From Lama glama (lineage: Eukaryota): 64,000 nucleotides of DNA. The DNA is taken from NCBI GenBank assembly GCA_028534125.1, contig CM052832.1, forward strand, positions 23,438,001-23,502,000. The letters are read 5' to 3'. Position numbers and translations under genes: made by a program. Positions 10,758-22,530 of this stretch are shown here, one piece after another. Within the stretch, counting starts at the first letter, position 1. Each line of letters opens with the position of its first letter. Below the pieces are notes generated by a model. The model was not told where the DNA came from and did not search any database. It saw only the letters and a list, made by a program, of their open reading frames with translations.

Positions 10758-11570
10758 TTAACCTCTTTTATTAGCGGGCAGAGGAAAGGTTCAATATTAA
10801 TCTCTTTAGAAGAAAAAAGTAATTTTAGGATCACAGGAAAAATGCCAAAGGAGTATACCCCTCTAGGAGAAAACATGAGACAGCCCACGGGTACCACGCT
10901 TCTCTTTGAAAGGACTGCCAAATGCAATTATTCAGAGCACAGAATTTTTCATTTTTTGGCTGGTGGAGACATTTTTTAGAGAAAAGAGAAACTTAGAAAG
11001 GACCCTTTAAAAAATCCAACATAGAGTTTAATTTTCTGGTATTCACCTCTTTTTCCATCTTATTTCATTTTTCAGAGCAATACTCTTCTACATTTGGGGA
11101 AAAGATATTAGAATCCAGCTTGCTCTTCTCTATCATGACTGTATTTTTGTCCACCTCCAGCATGACTTTGAAGTGAAGCTTCTGGAAGTCAATCCTGGAC
11201 AAAAGCTCATATTGTAAAGGAAAAAGAAGTCTTTATTTTTAACTAGAGAAAGAATTCCAAGAATTTTTCGTCCTCAAGTGGGGAGGAACACCCATATACC
11301 TACAAGCCAAAACCTGTAAAAATTCATTTACTCCCAGGCAATTCTTTTCTAGAAGATGAAGGGTAATTCAAAGAGGAATGATGTCTAATAAGATTTCAGA
11401 GGTTGAATTAAAGGAAAATATTAAAAGACATTTTGGATACCACCAACTTATTTTTATTTAGTTAGTTGCTATTTAGTAGTTGTTATAATGGCAATGTGGT
11501 TAAAATTTTGAATGTCCATAAATTCTGAGTTGTATCCTAAAGCATATAGGGGTGAAAGGCCATGATATTT

Positions 11571-11605
11571 GGCAGGTGAGAATTCTACCACTGAACCACC
11601 AATGC
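11571..11605 (-). pseudogene. Tailless retropseudogene of the tRNA-Gly(GCC) 5' half
   Basis: The minus strand reads GCATTGGTGGTTCAGTGGTAGAATTCTCACCTGCC, i.e. tRNA-Gly(GCC) nt 1-35 with one CpG-type change. Flanked by ca(t/c)gatatttgg direct repeats. Confidence 0.88.
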
Positions 11606-11737
11606 CCAGCACGATATTTGGAGTTTGCTTTAAAACACTTTAGAAGAAAGAGAGAGCACAAAAGAAAGGAAGAGAAAGAATAAGCAAGTAGGATATAATT
11701 GTGCTTTTGAATCTGCGTGTTGAATCTGGGCTTCGGG

Positions 11738-12200
11738 GTGTGCTCATTTCCTATGGCTGCTGTAACAGATGACTCTGAACTTGGGGACTTAAAACAATGG
11801 AAATTTATTCTCTTAAAATTTTGGAGACCAGAAGTCTGAAATCAAGGTGTCAGCAGGACCACATTCCCTCTGGAGGCTCTAGGGAAGAATCCTTCCTTGC
11901 CTCTCCCAGCTCCCGTGGCTCCTGGCTTTCCTTGGCCTGTGGCTACATCCCTCCGATCTCTGTTTCCATAGTCACATGATCTCTTCCCTGTGTCTGTCTC
12001 TCTTCTTCTGTCTCTTAGGAGGATACTTCTCATTGATTTAGGGCCTGCTGGATCACCCAGGATGATCCCATCTCAAGATCCTCAACTTAATTCCATCTGC
12101 AAAGAGCCTTTTTCCAAATAAGGTCACACTCATGGATTCCCAGGGTTAGAGCATAGACGTGCCTTGGGGACAGGATGGGAGCACCATTCAGTCCGCTACT
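11738..12200. mobile_element. ERVL-MaLR solo LTR (MLT1B/C-like)
   Basis: ttcctatggctgctgtaaca..cttaaaacaatggaaatttattctc..ggagaccagaagtctgaaatcaaggtgtcagcagg..tttttccaaataaggtcacac are MLT1 motifs. Confidence 0.8.
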
Positions 12201-12882
12201 GGCATATTAAACCATTATACTATTCTTTCTATTTTTGTCTTTAAAATTTTTTTCATAGTAAAACTTTTATTTTTTTTAACGGTTTCACCTAAGGAGAATT
12301 ACATTTTGCTAAGCTTTTGAACATGGCAGAGGTCAAAGCAGAGAACTTCATAGTCTGAGGCAGAAAATGCTAGATGTGTTCCAGGAACAGAGAAAAATGA
12401 ACTGATAAGAAATATCAGCGAAAAGGAATTCCATTCCTCTTTGTCAACCAAACAGATACAGATACTGTATGTAAAATGATGCAAAGGAAGTACAGATTCC
12501 TTTCCAGCCTTACCGGAATCGATTTCCAATGGTAATCCCTCCAGCTTTTGCAACCTCTCTCTTTCCTGAAAAGGGTGACAGGAAGTGCTGGAGAGGAGAA
12601 GAGAGCTCATGGGCTTCTGTGTGAAACCCCCAAATCGGGCAGCTCCCATCCTGGACCACATGGATCCAGGCTGCTCGTTTCTTATGCTGGTGGTGATGTG
12701 AAAGTGCCTGTGTCAGGGCTAGCAGGGCTAAAACTCTGAAGCAGGTTAGGTTTGTCCTCCACGCCTGGTCCACTTTAAGTTTTATCCCCTTCATCATCCC
12801 TAGGAAGAAAACCCTTCCAGATACTAGAATCATGAGGCAGCTGGGGCGCACTTCCTTAATGCACCTCCAGAAAGGAGAATTA

Positions 12883-13225
12883 TGCTATGGTCTGAATATT
12901 TGTGCCCCCAAATTCCTGTGTTGACACCCTAATCCCCAAAGGTGATGGTAGTAGTAGGCCTTTGGGAGATGTTTAAATCATGAGAGTGGGGCCTTCATGA
13001 ATGAGGTTAGGGCTTTTATAAAAGAGGTTCCAGAGGGATCTCTTGCCCCTTTTACCACGTGGAGACACAGAAGAAAGGCACCAACTGTGAACCAGGAAGA
13101 GGGCCCTTCTCGAAGGGAGGACCCTTTCTGGCTGCCGCCCTGATCTTGGACCTCCCAGTCAGCTTGTCTATGAGCTGCTCTCTCTGTGGCATTTTGTCAT
13201 AGCAGCCGCCTGAGTCAGAAAGCAT
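12883..13225. mobile_element. ERVL-MaLR solo LTR (MLT1A/MST-like)
   Basis: Begins tgctatggtctgaatatttgtgcccccaaattc and ends gtggcattttgtcatagcagcc. Confidence 0.8.
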
Positions 13226-13324
13226 TTTGCTGTGGGCCAGAACACACATAGCACAGGAAGATGAAATGGGCTACCATGTACGTGTATTTGGAGGAGGACC
13301 TTTTAAGAAGGATGAGAATTCTCT

Positions 13325-13794
13325 CTCTCTTTCTTTAATTAATTAAACTTTTTAAAAATTGAAGTATAGTAGATTTACAATGTTGTGTTAGTTTCAGGTG
13401 TACAGCAAAGTGATTCAGCTATATACATATTTTTTTTCAGATTCTTTTCCTTTATAAGTTATTGCAAGATACTGAATATAGTTCCCTGTGCTATATAATT
13501 GGTCCTTGTTGTTTATCTATTTTATATAGAGTAATGTATATCTGTTAATCCCAAACTCCTTATTTATCCCTCCCGCTTTCCCCTTTGGTAACCATAAGTT
13601 GTTTTCTATGTCTGTGAGTCTGTTTCTGTTCTGTAAATAAGTTCATTTGTATCATTTTTTTAGATTCCACATGTAAGTGATGTCATATGGTATTTGTCTT
13701 GGCCTGTCTGACTTTTCACTTAGTGTGATCATCTCTAGGTCCACCCATGTTGCTGCAAATGGCCTTCTTTCTTTTTTAATGGCTGAGTAACAGG
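13325..13794 (-). mobile_element. L1 3' end fragment
   Basis: attgaagtatagtagatttacaatgttgtgttagtttcaggtgtacagcaaagtgattcag..tagattccacatgtaagtga. Probable TSD gaattctct at 13316-13324 and 13795-13803. Confidence 0.85.
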
Positions 13795-15595
13795 GAATTC
13801 TCTTTTGTGGCCCTTGTTCTCTCTCTCCTGGGAAATGTGAGTGGCCTGGAGGGCAGAGGTGAGGCTAGGATAAAGATGACGACGTGAAAAAAGAATTCCC
13901 TGGAGCTGTGCGATGTACAGCCTACACAGCTACAGAGGTGGCTGTGCTGGCCCCACCCCTGCATGTTTAGGAAGATCAGGGAGGATTTAGGGCCACAGCA
14001 CTACTGAAAACCGTGCTTAGGAATGTGTATTCCATGCTGGCCAGCTCTCGGGAAAGTCTGCTTAGGCTACCTCGTTTCCCTAGTCTAAGAGATCAACATT
14101 GAAGCAAGTGAAAGCTTTTGGCCATCTTCAGGGTGGGATTCCCACAGGGTGACTCGCTCTGGCTTGAAATTCCTGGAGGGGAGCACGGGTAAGGCAGCTT
14201 CAATCTTTACTGCCCCATCGTCATTACCTCCAGGAACAGCAGTGCTGAGCTGAGCGGGTTCCATGCGCCTTGCCCACCAACATTGCTTGTCAAAGTGGTA
14301 GAATCAGGCAGCCCCGTTTCCCACCTGCCTCCCCTGGACATGGCTGAGAGGACCAGGAAAGTATCCCTGACCTAAACAGGTAGGGACCGTGCCTGGGCTG
14401 GCTGTGACTTCTAGGCAGCTTTTCCCTGCTAGCAATTTGAACTAAAAAGTAGCAAGAAAAGGAGTTGGCAGCCAGAAGGACAGGAGCCAAAAAGACGCAT
14501 AGAGTAACGCCCACGGTAGCTTTGGGCCATGAGGGCCGAGCCAAAGGTAAGAAGGGGTAGAAACGATGAATAAGCAGAAGAAGCTCCCAGAAACAAGGAG
14601 AGAAGCAGAGGGACCAAGTGTCCCCTAAGAGACTGCAGGGAGGAGGCCACTGGAGCAGCCCCAGTTCCTGGATCCTTTCCAGGTTCAGGGCCAGTGCCTA
14701 TGAATTGTTATAATAAAACCCATTTTTGTCAAGATAATTTTTTGGGTCTTTCTTGCATCCAGAGCATCCGAGCCAGAATGATATACTCTCCATCGTATGC
14801 TGGATGGTGCTGCTTTCCTCGTCCAGCCTAAACTCCTGGCGGATTTCAGTAAAACACAGTCTAGGCTCACTGGAGAGCGCTTGAAACACGGTAACCTTCA
14901 CAGAAACAGGAGATGTGCATGGCAGCACCTGTCTGGAAAATTACTGAGCTTCTCACACTGTACGGAACTCCTGTCCTAAACTCCTAACACCTGGAGTGCA
15001 AGAGTGGCAGTGAAAGGCTGGCCAGGGCACAGGTCTGGTAGGTGTCAAGAAGAAGGAACCTCTCACCCACCTGCAGCCCCACTTCCTCATGTCCTTCGCC
15101 ATCTTTTCCTTGTTTCCAATCAAAACTTGCTGTCCCTTACTATCCCCTCTTTTAGATTTTCTCGGAAACACTTCTCCCACCCTCAGCATGTGGGTGACAT
15201 TTGGAGTTTCATATTTTCTTCTCCACTGAATCCACATGGAAATGACTGATAATTCCTTAATTCTCGGTTTTCAAGCTGAAAAGAGAGGGAGGACAAAAAA
15301 GGGAAAAGGAAGAGAAATGGTCTCTCTGTTATGGGGCTGGAGAGGCAGAGGTGGGTTACTGTTTGAAAGGCATATTGAATATTATAACACAAATTTATAT
15401 TGGAGAAATCTTTAATGCAAAGTACCGATGGCGAACCTGAAGTAGTTTTGGCAGGTGGCAAAGCTCTGAGGATGATAAACCCCAGGAGTCTGTATAAGAA
15501 TCTCACCTGGTAGAGATCAGATTTCAGTCCAGTGCCAGACCTTTCTGGCCTCTCCACATATCCTCACGTGGTGGACACTTACTTCAGTTGCTTCT

Positions 15596-15842
15596 TGTTT
15601 TGTTTTTTAATTTAATTTTATTTTTTATTGAAGTGTAATTAATTTGCAACGTTAGTTTCAGGTGTACAGCAAAGCAATTCAGTTATACATATACATGCAT
15701 ATACATACATATATTTTCAGATTCTTTTCCATTATTGCTTATTACAAGAAATTAAATATAGCTCCCTGTGCTATACAGTGGGTTGTTGTTGTTTATTTGT
15801 TTTGTATATAGTAGTGTATATCTGTTAATCCCAAACTCCTAA
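15596..15842 (-). mobile_element. 5'-truncated L1 3' end with a 13-bp TSD
   Basis: Same L1 3' family as the copy at 13325. Exact TSD ttcagttgcttct at 15583-15595 and 15843-15855. Confidence 0.88.
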
Positions 15843-16006
15843 TTCAGTTGCTTCTGTGTGAAGCTTTCTCTCCACGTTCATCTCGTCTTCTCAGTTCTCT
15901 GAGTCCTGACCCTCATTTTCCCTTATGGATGCCCTTTCTCTTTGGCTGATAATTGGGAGCAGACTTAGGGCATCTGCACGATCTCTTTCTTCTATTTTAA
16001 TGACAT

Positions 16007-16066
16007 TGATTAGCCTAAGAATGAAATATTTGTCCACAGTGATTAGCCTAAGAATGAAATATTTGT
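16007..16066 (+). repeat. 27-bp direct repeat with a 6-bp spacer
   Basis: tgattagcctaagaatgaaatatttgt at 16007-16033 and 16040-16066. Confidence 0.95.
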
Positions 16067-16980
16067 AATAACAGAAGCTGGCTGTGCCAATCCAAAGAAA
16101 GCTCTAAAAAACAGCATTTGAAGAGAACAAATATTTTCAGGTGTCAAAGAATCAAAAACTGTGTGTCCAACCCACTGAACTGTGGAACTGTCTTCTAAAT
16201 TCTAACATTTAGTGATCAGAAATGTTGTAAGTTAACAAATGATGATTCTCTTGTTTTCTTTTGTCACATGTGAATGCTAAATTCTAATTTATTTTTTTCC
16301 ATGGTGAAAAGTTCTTCAACTTAGTCAACAATCAGGCCACAAATGTGCGCACATTCATCTTTTTTTTTCTTAAAAGTCAAAGATGTACCTCAAGTTATTT
16401 TTTAAAAACTGGCTTTATCTTCTGAAAATGTTATCCTCTTAAATACAACTTCTTGATGTATAATGAGTATCTTCAGGTAGAATAAAGAGAACTCAAGTAG
16501 CAGATGGCCTGGTGGAAAGCATATGGGCTTCCGAACTGGAACAGAATCCCAACACTCATGCTTTCCCTGACTTGCTCTTTGGTTTGGGAAATTTGGGAAA
16601 TTTTAATGAATAACTTTTGATCCTCAATTTCCTAATGAAATGTTTAGAGTATAACTTAATGATAGCGCTTTGGTGAAACATCAGTGGGTTTTCTCCAGTG
16701 GTAAATAGCACTGCTGTCCTTTCAGTTGTCCAAGCTAGAAACTTATGAATCGTTCCTAACGCCTCCTGCTCTCTCACTTCCCACGTTTAAGCCAAAAACA
16801 AATCTAGTGCGTTCAACCTTCAAACTATATCTCAAGCTTTTCCATGTCTCCCTTGCTACAGCTGCCACCATTTCAGACACCCTGGCTTCTTACTGTGACT
16901 CTTGCTCTGATCCCTGACTAGTATCTCCACTTCTACTTCCCCCACCCATCCCCAAGCTGCTTACCACAGAGCAGCAGGGA

Positions 16981-17132
16981 TTTTTTTTGTTGTTGTTGTT
17001 GTTTGTTTGTTTGTTTTTTAGGTTGTTGTTTGTTTGTCTCTTTTTTTAATGGAGGTCCTGGAGGTTGAACCCAGGACCTTGCGCATGCTAAACATGTACT
17101 CTGCCACCAAGCCATTCCCACCCCCCACCCCC
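16981..17132 (-). mobile_element. Camelid tRNA-derived SINE with a (TTG/TTTG)n tail
   Basis: ggaggtcctggaggttgaacccaggaccttgcgcatgctaaacatgtactctgccac preceded by a T-rich tail. Confidence 0.8.
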
Positions 17133-17211
17133 AACATGGGTTTTAAAAGCACAAATGCCCTTCTCCTGCTTAAACCTTTCTGATCGCTTCCCATTTTTAA
17201 ATGACATCTTT

Positions 17212-17408
17212 TTAAAAACAATTTTTTGGAGATGACGTAATTAGGTTTATTTATTTTTATTTGTTTATGAATGGAGGTANNNNNNNNNNNNNNNNNNNNN
17301 NNNNNNNNNNNNNNNNNNNNNNNNNNNNNNNNNNNNNNNNNNNNNNNNNNNNNNNNNNNNNNNNNNNNNNNNNNNNNNNCACTCTACCATCGAGCTCTAC
17401 TCTCCCCC
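17212..17408 (-). mobile_element. Camelid SINE (long form) spanning a 100-N gap at 17280-17379
   Basis: SINE sequence on both sides of the gap. TSD ttaaatgacatcttt at 17197-17211 and 17409-17423. Confidence 0.85.
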
Positions 17409-17423
17409 TTAAATGACATCTTT

Positions 17424-18200
17424 ATTAAGATATAATTCATGTACCATAAAGTTCACCCTTGTAAAAGTATGCAAATTAAAGTTACAGTGTGGTTTTTAGC
17501 ATTCTCACTATGTTGTTCACCATCACCACTATCTAATTTCAGAACACTTTCATCACCCTGAAAAGAAAACCAATAGCCATTCACACTCATTTCCTATTTC
17601 CTCCTCTCCCAGCCCCTGACAACCACTAATCTACTTTCTGTCTCTGTGGATTGATTTGCCTATTCTGGACATTTTATATAAATGGAATCATGAGATACAT
17701 GATTTTTTATGTCTAGTTTCTTTCCCTTAGCATAATGTTTTTAAGGTTCATGTATCAGTACTTTATTCCTTTTTATTGCCCAATAATGTTCTAGTAACTA
17801 AATACATGGCATTTTGTTTATCCATTCATCAGTTGATGAACATTTGGGTTGTTCCACTTTTGGGCTATTATGAGTAATGCTGCCATAAGCATTCATGTAC
17901 AAAATTTTATGTGGACATATGTTTTCAGTTTTCTCAGGTATATACCTAAAATTAAAATTGCTAGATTCTATGGTGACTATATGTTTAACCTTTTAAGGGA
18001 ATGCCAAACTGTTTTCCAAAGTGTCTGCACTGTTTTACAATCCCACCAGCAGTGTATAAGGGTTCCCATTTCTCCACATCCTCATGAGCACTTGCTATTA
18101 TCTGTCTGTTTTACGACAGCCACACATGAAGTGGTATCTCATTGTGGTTTTGATTTACATTTCCCTAATGACTCATAACATCTCTTCATGTGCATATTAG
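17424..18200 (-). mobile_element. Old L1 (L1MB-like) 3' fragment
   Basis: tttatccattcatcagttgatgaacatttgggttgttccac..gccaaactgttttccaaagtg..tcccaccagcagtgtataagggttccc. Confidence 0.85.
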
Positions 18201-19039
18201 CTGTATATGCAACATTAACACAATGCCTGGCTCAGTAATTCAATGTTAAAAAAATTACAATCCTAATTCAATAATATTATCATTGTATGGAATTAAAAGG
18301 GGTGGATAAAATCAGAACTCAGAAATTTACAAAAGTCTATAGAAATATAACACTTTATTATTACTACTATTCTTTGCATAATAATATTTATGAATTTGCT
18401 TGCTATTGAAAGTCAGATAATGTCACTGTTTTAAAAACACCGGATATCTTTAATGTGGGCAAAAATGCTGATAGTAGATAGAAGCCCATAGACTAAAGCG
18501 TATCTGATTTAAAGCATAACATTTTCATTTGTCTATTGTTTAACTTTTAAATATCTTGCATTATTCTGGAGGACCTTCAGGCCCAAATAGCTTCAGATGT
18601 CAAAGGAATTATATCTTAGAAGGTACTTAACTTTTGCACAGTGCTTTGTACACAAGTGTACTCATGAAATAAGAAACTGTTCATTCATTCATTTATGTAT
18701 TTATTGACACTTGAGTACCTGGTATATACTGGGCATTTGTTAAGCCCTTAGGATCAGACACAAATACAAAAACTCTTGACTCAGGGTTAGAGAGACTACA
18801 TGAGGATTTTCAGTAGACAGCAATGAAGACAGGGACAGAGGTGTGTAGGTGGTGCTAGAAAAGAAACAATAGGACAAATGAAAGATGACAATACCCTAAA
18901 CCAGGAGTTGCAAACTCAATGACTTGGGAGCCAAGTGGGCTTGACGTGAAGACATTAAAACTAGTGGAGTCTGTGGCCAGGAAAGATGGCATGCTCTGTC
19001 TGAAGACATTTACATTCAAATGAAAAATATTGTGGCAGC

Positions 19040-19123
19040 GGGGTGGGGGTAGCTCAGTGGTAGAGCGCATGCTTAGCACACACAAGGTCCTGGGTTCAAT
19101 CCCCAGTACCTCCATCAAAAGAA
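19040..19123 (+). mobile_element. Camelid tRNA-Ala(AGC)-derived SINE (short form)
   Basis: GGGGGTAGCTCAGTGGTAGAGCGCATGCTTAGCAC..GGTCCTGGGTTCAATCCCCAGTACCTCCA plus A-tail. 17-bp TSD aaaaata(t/c)tgtgg(c/t)agc at 19023-19039 and 19124-19140. Confidence 0.9.
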
Positions 19124-19812
19124 AAAAATACTGTGGTAGCCAAATAAATACTTCTTTAGGTCTTCTTTGGCCAACAGTCTGAGCTTAAGCAAAGCCAAGA
19201 GCAGAGGGAAAAGAGGAGGCTCAGAACCAGTGCTGCTGGGCTGGAGTCCACTCTTACTAGCTCAGGAGGGCTGACTGGGCACATGGCTTCCCAACTCTGT
19301 TCTGTTACTTGAAATCAGTCATGATGGTGACAATATTTACACCTCAGAAACAGGCAAATGCTGCGAACCAGGTCTTTCTCCCAACCCTCTTTGGAACAGG
19401 AGAGAAGGGGTAGGAGAGAAAGGAGTCAAAGCTGACTCCCAAGGGTGTATATAATTTTGGTTTATCCTAGTTACTTTCACTTCTGTTAACATCCCTAAGT
19501 CTTAGAAACATAAGTGATAAGAATAGATTAGTGGCAATTCTTTTACTTTTTTTAGGCTATTGGTAGCCAGTACTGAAAACAATTACTTAAATGTTTTTTT
19601 TTTAAAAATCTGCAGATGTACTGCTATTGAAGAAACAATATTTTCACTTAAGTTTTAGAAACTGCTTCCTTATTCCTTTAAAAATATTATAAGCACAGTG
19701 TTCTTTATTTGGTTTGACTTTCATTCAGGATTAATATACAGTAAAATGTACCTTGTCTTATTAAAAAAAAGAATAAATATGCAAATAAATTGAGTTCAAA
19801 GAAGGGCTGTAA

Positions 19813-20216
19813 TTTTTTTAACATATATATTTGTTGACATATAGTCAGTTTACAATTTTTTGTTAATTTCTGGTGTATAGAATAATGTTTCAGTCATACA
19901 TATATACACATATATTCACTTTCATATTCTTTTTCATTATAGGTTACTACAAGATATGGAATATAGTTCCCTGTGCTATACAGTAGAACCTTGTTTATCT
20001 ATTTTTTACGTAATAGTTAGTATCTACAAATCCTGAACTCCCAGTTTATACCTTACCACTCCATCTTCCCGCTGGTAACTGTAAGTTTGTTTTCTATGTC
20101 TGTCAGTCTGTTTCTGTTTTGTAAATAAGTTTATTTATGTCATTGTTTTTTAGATTCCACACATAAGTGATATCATATGGTATTTTTCTTTCTCTTTCTG
20201 GCTTACTTCACTTAGT
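19813..20216 (-). mobile_element. L1 3' end fragment
   Basis: gaatatagttccctgtgctatacagtag..tagattccacacataagtgatatcatatgg..ttcacttag. Confidence 0.85.
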
Positions 20217-20989
20217 ATTTTTACATGTATTTTAGATAGCAAATTCATTTGAGAATATAGTTGTGAAAATGATAGGGACTAAGGAACTAAATATCTTCTT
20301 TAATTACAGGAACTCACATGTCATTTCCATTGTGCAGTGTTGATTGTTATTTACACTCTGACTGTGAGAAATTTCTCTTGTTAAAATCAAATCCCCCAAA
20401 CGTGGGAACAAGCTCATATAATTTCAAGAAAAGTACTACTTACGAGTCCTTATTTAATAGCAGTTTTTCTAAATCCGCTTCCCACCTAAAGAATGTGATG
20501 ATATGATTTACAATCATACTTTTAGATCTGGGAATAACCTTGGAGATGATCATGTCCTGGGCAAGCATGTAGACTTCAGCTCTTCCAAATCCCCTTTGGT
20601 GGTGGCTGCCTGGAGTTCTGCCCCAGGTCAGTGAGGAAAAGGACTCCATTCAGTTAGTGATATCTGCCTTTGATATAGGAGGGGACGGTGACATCGTGAG
20701 TCCAATCTAGTCTTGATCTAGTCCAATCTCTTTACATTATGAGTTAGAAATTGAAGCCCTAAAAAAAGTAAAAGACTTCCCCAAAGTCATACAATTAGTC
20801 AATGGCATAGCTAGGATTGTAAATTCAGAAGGAAGTTGTTCTTGAAAAAATTTCTCCCTTTCGCCCCCAGCACCAAGCTGCTCTAAAGCCTTCTCGTCAA
20901 ATACCATTTAAATTAATTTTCTCCATTCCAATTCCACTAATCCTGCCTGTTTATCAACAGTGTGCCACACTTACTATCTGTCTCCAAAA

Positions 20990-21737
20990 GGGAGACACTA
21001 CACTGTTGGTGGGAATGTAAACTGGTGCAGCCACTGTGGAAAACAGTATGGAGTTTCCTTAAAAAGCTAAAAGTATAGCTACCATGTGATTCAGCAATTC
21101 CACTCCTGGGCATATATCTGAAAGAGACGAAAACTCTAATTTGAAAGGATACATGCACCCCATTGTTCATATAGCACTACTTACAATAGCCAAGACATAG
21201 AAACAACCCAAATGCCCATCAATAGATGATTGGTTTAATAAGATGTGGTATAGATATACAATGAAATGTTACTCAGCCATAAAAAAGAATGAAATATTGC
21301 CATTTGCAGCAACATGGATGGACCTACAGATTATCATACTGAGTGAAGTAAGTGAGACAGAGAAAGATAAATATTATATGATATCACTTATATGTGGAAT
21401 CTAAACCATAATACAAATTAACCTATATCTAAAATGATATAAATTAATCTATACACAAAACAGAAGCAGACTCACAGCCTTAGAAAACAAACTTATGGTA
21501 ACCAAAGGGGAGAGGGAGGTGGGGAGGGATAAATTAGGAGTATGGGATTAACAGATACAAACTACTGTACATAAAATAGATAAGCAACAGGGACTTACTG
21601 TATAGCACAGAGAACTAGATTCAATATCCTGTAATAACCTATAATGGCAAATAATCTGAAAAAAAAACTGAATCACTTTGCTGTATACCTGAAACTAACA
21701 CAATATTATAAATCTATAAACACTTCAATTTAAAAAA
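20990..21737 (+). mobile_element. L1 3' fragment (ORF2 end plus 3' UTR)
   Basis: cactgttggtgggaatgtaaactggtgcagccactgtggaaaacagtatgg..acatggatggacct..gtatagcacagagaact..cacttcaatttaaaaa. Confidence 0.9.
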
Positions 21738-22168
21738 TCTTCATTTCTTCTTCCAATCTATCCTCTTAGACCTAGAACTTGTCAGAGAAGAATTTTAAAA
21801 CACAAGTATGTTAGTGTGTAAACATTTCCATGATGCCAGCACCTAATGATACTGTGTTCTCATGCCTTTGCTCATTCCCTGTAGCTCCCTTCCTGTCTGG
21901 CAAAACCCTACTCCCCTACTCATCCTCTAGACAAGTTAAAACAGCACCTCTTCTATTAAACTGGGCAGGGACTGGGCCATCCTCGTCTCAGTCTGTCTCC
22001 CTCAGGGTTGAGCTAGTGAGCTAGACTAGACCTTGTTTGTTGCATTGTCTTATCTTGCTTCTCTGGCTAAGGCTCACATTTCAACTGCAGAATAACTTCT
22101 TCATCCTTCTTCCCTAGGCCAGAATGACACATATCTCTTACATGCATGGCCACTCCCACTTCTGTGGC

Positions 22169-22530
22169 TGTAGTGGATGCTGTGGTATGCTGCCCAGACC
22201 CCTTTCATGCATGCATTCCCTCAGGAGCTAGGAATGCTGGCCACTGATGGTTTACAGTTGCATCTTTCTCTGACAATGGCCTTACCCAAGGTGACAGCCC
22301 TCTAGGGTCAGTGCTGGGAAGAGCTGGGAAAGGGATCAGTGTTCAGGCCTGTCACTTTGCCTGATTTGGGACAACCCTGCTCCAGTGATTTCCCCCATGA
22401 AATTGGCTAAGGCCTTTGTTGCAATGTCTCATATGGCTTCCCTCACCTCAAGGATACCTGTTCTCAAGGATACTTCCTGCAAGCAACTCTCTGAATCGCA
22501 GAGTCAGTTTCTGTGGAATCTACTTAAAAC
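22169..22530. mobile_element. ERVL LTR relic (LTR16-like)
   Basis: Starts tgtagtggatgctgtggtatgctgcccagacc and ends ctcagagtc-like..tttctgtggaatctacttaaaaca. Confidence 0.6.

Noticed and set aside
10122..10979. ORFs of 174-285 aa spanning N runs (also 53531-54136)
   Set aside because: Artefacts of assembly gaps.
14440..14552. Purine-rich segment ending in a good donor (AAAG/GTAAGA) as a possible unannotated exon
   Set aside because: A splice-like motif alone is common by chance, and there is no ORF or homology support.
19040..19123. tRNA-Ala(AGC)-like sequence as a functional tRNA gene
   Set aside because: It has an A-tail, a TSD and stem mismatches, and several dispersed relatives occur in the window, so it is a SINE.
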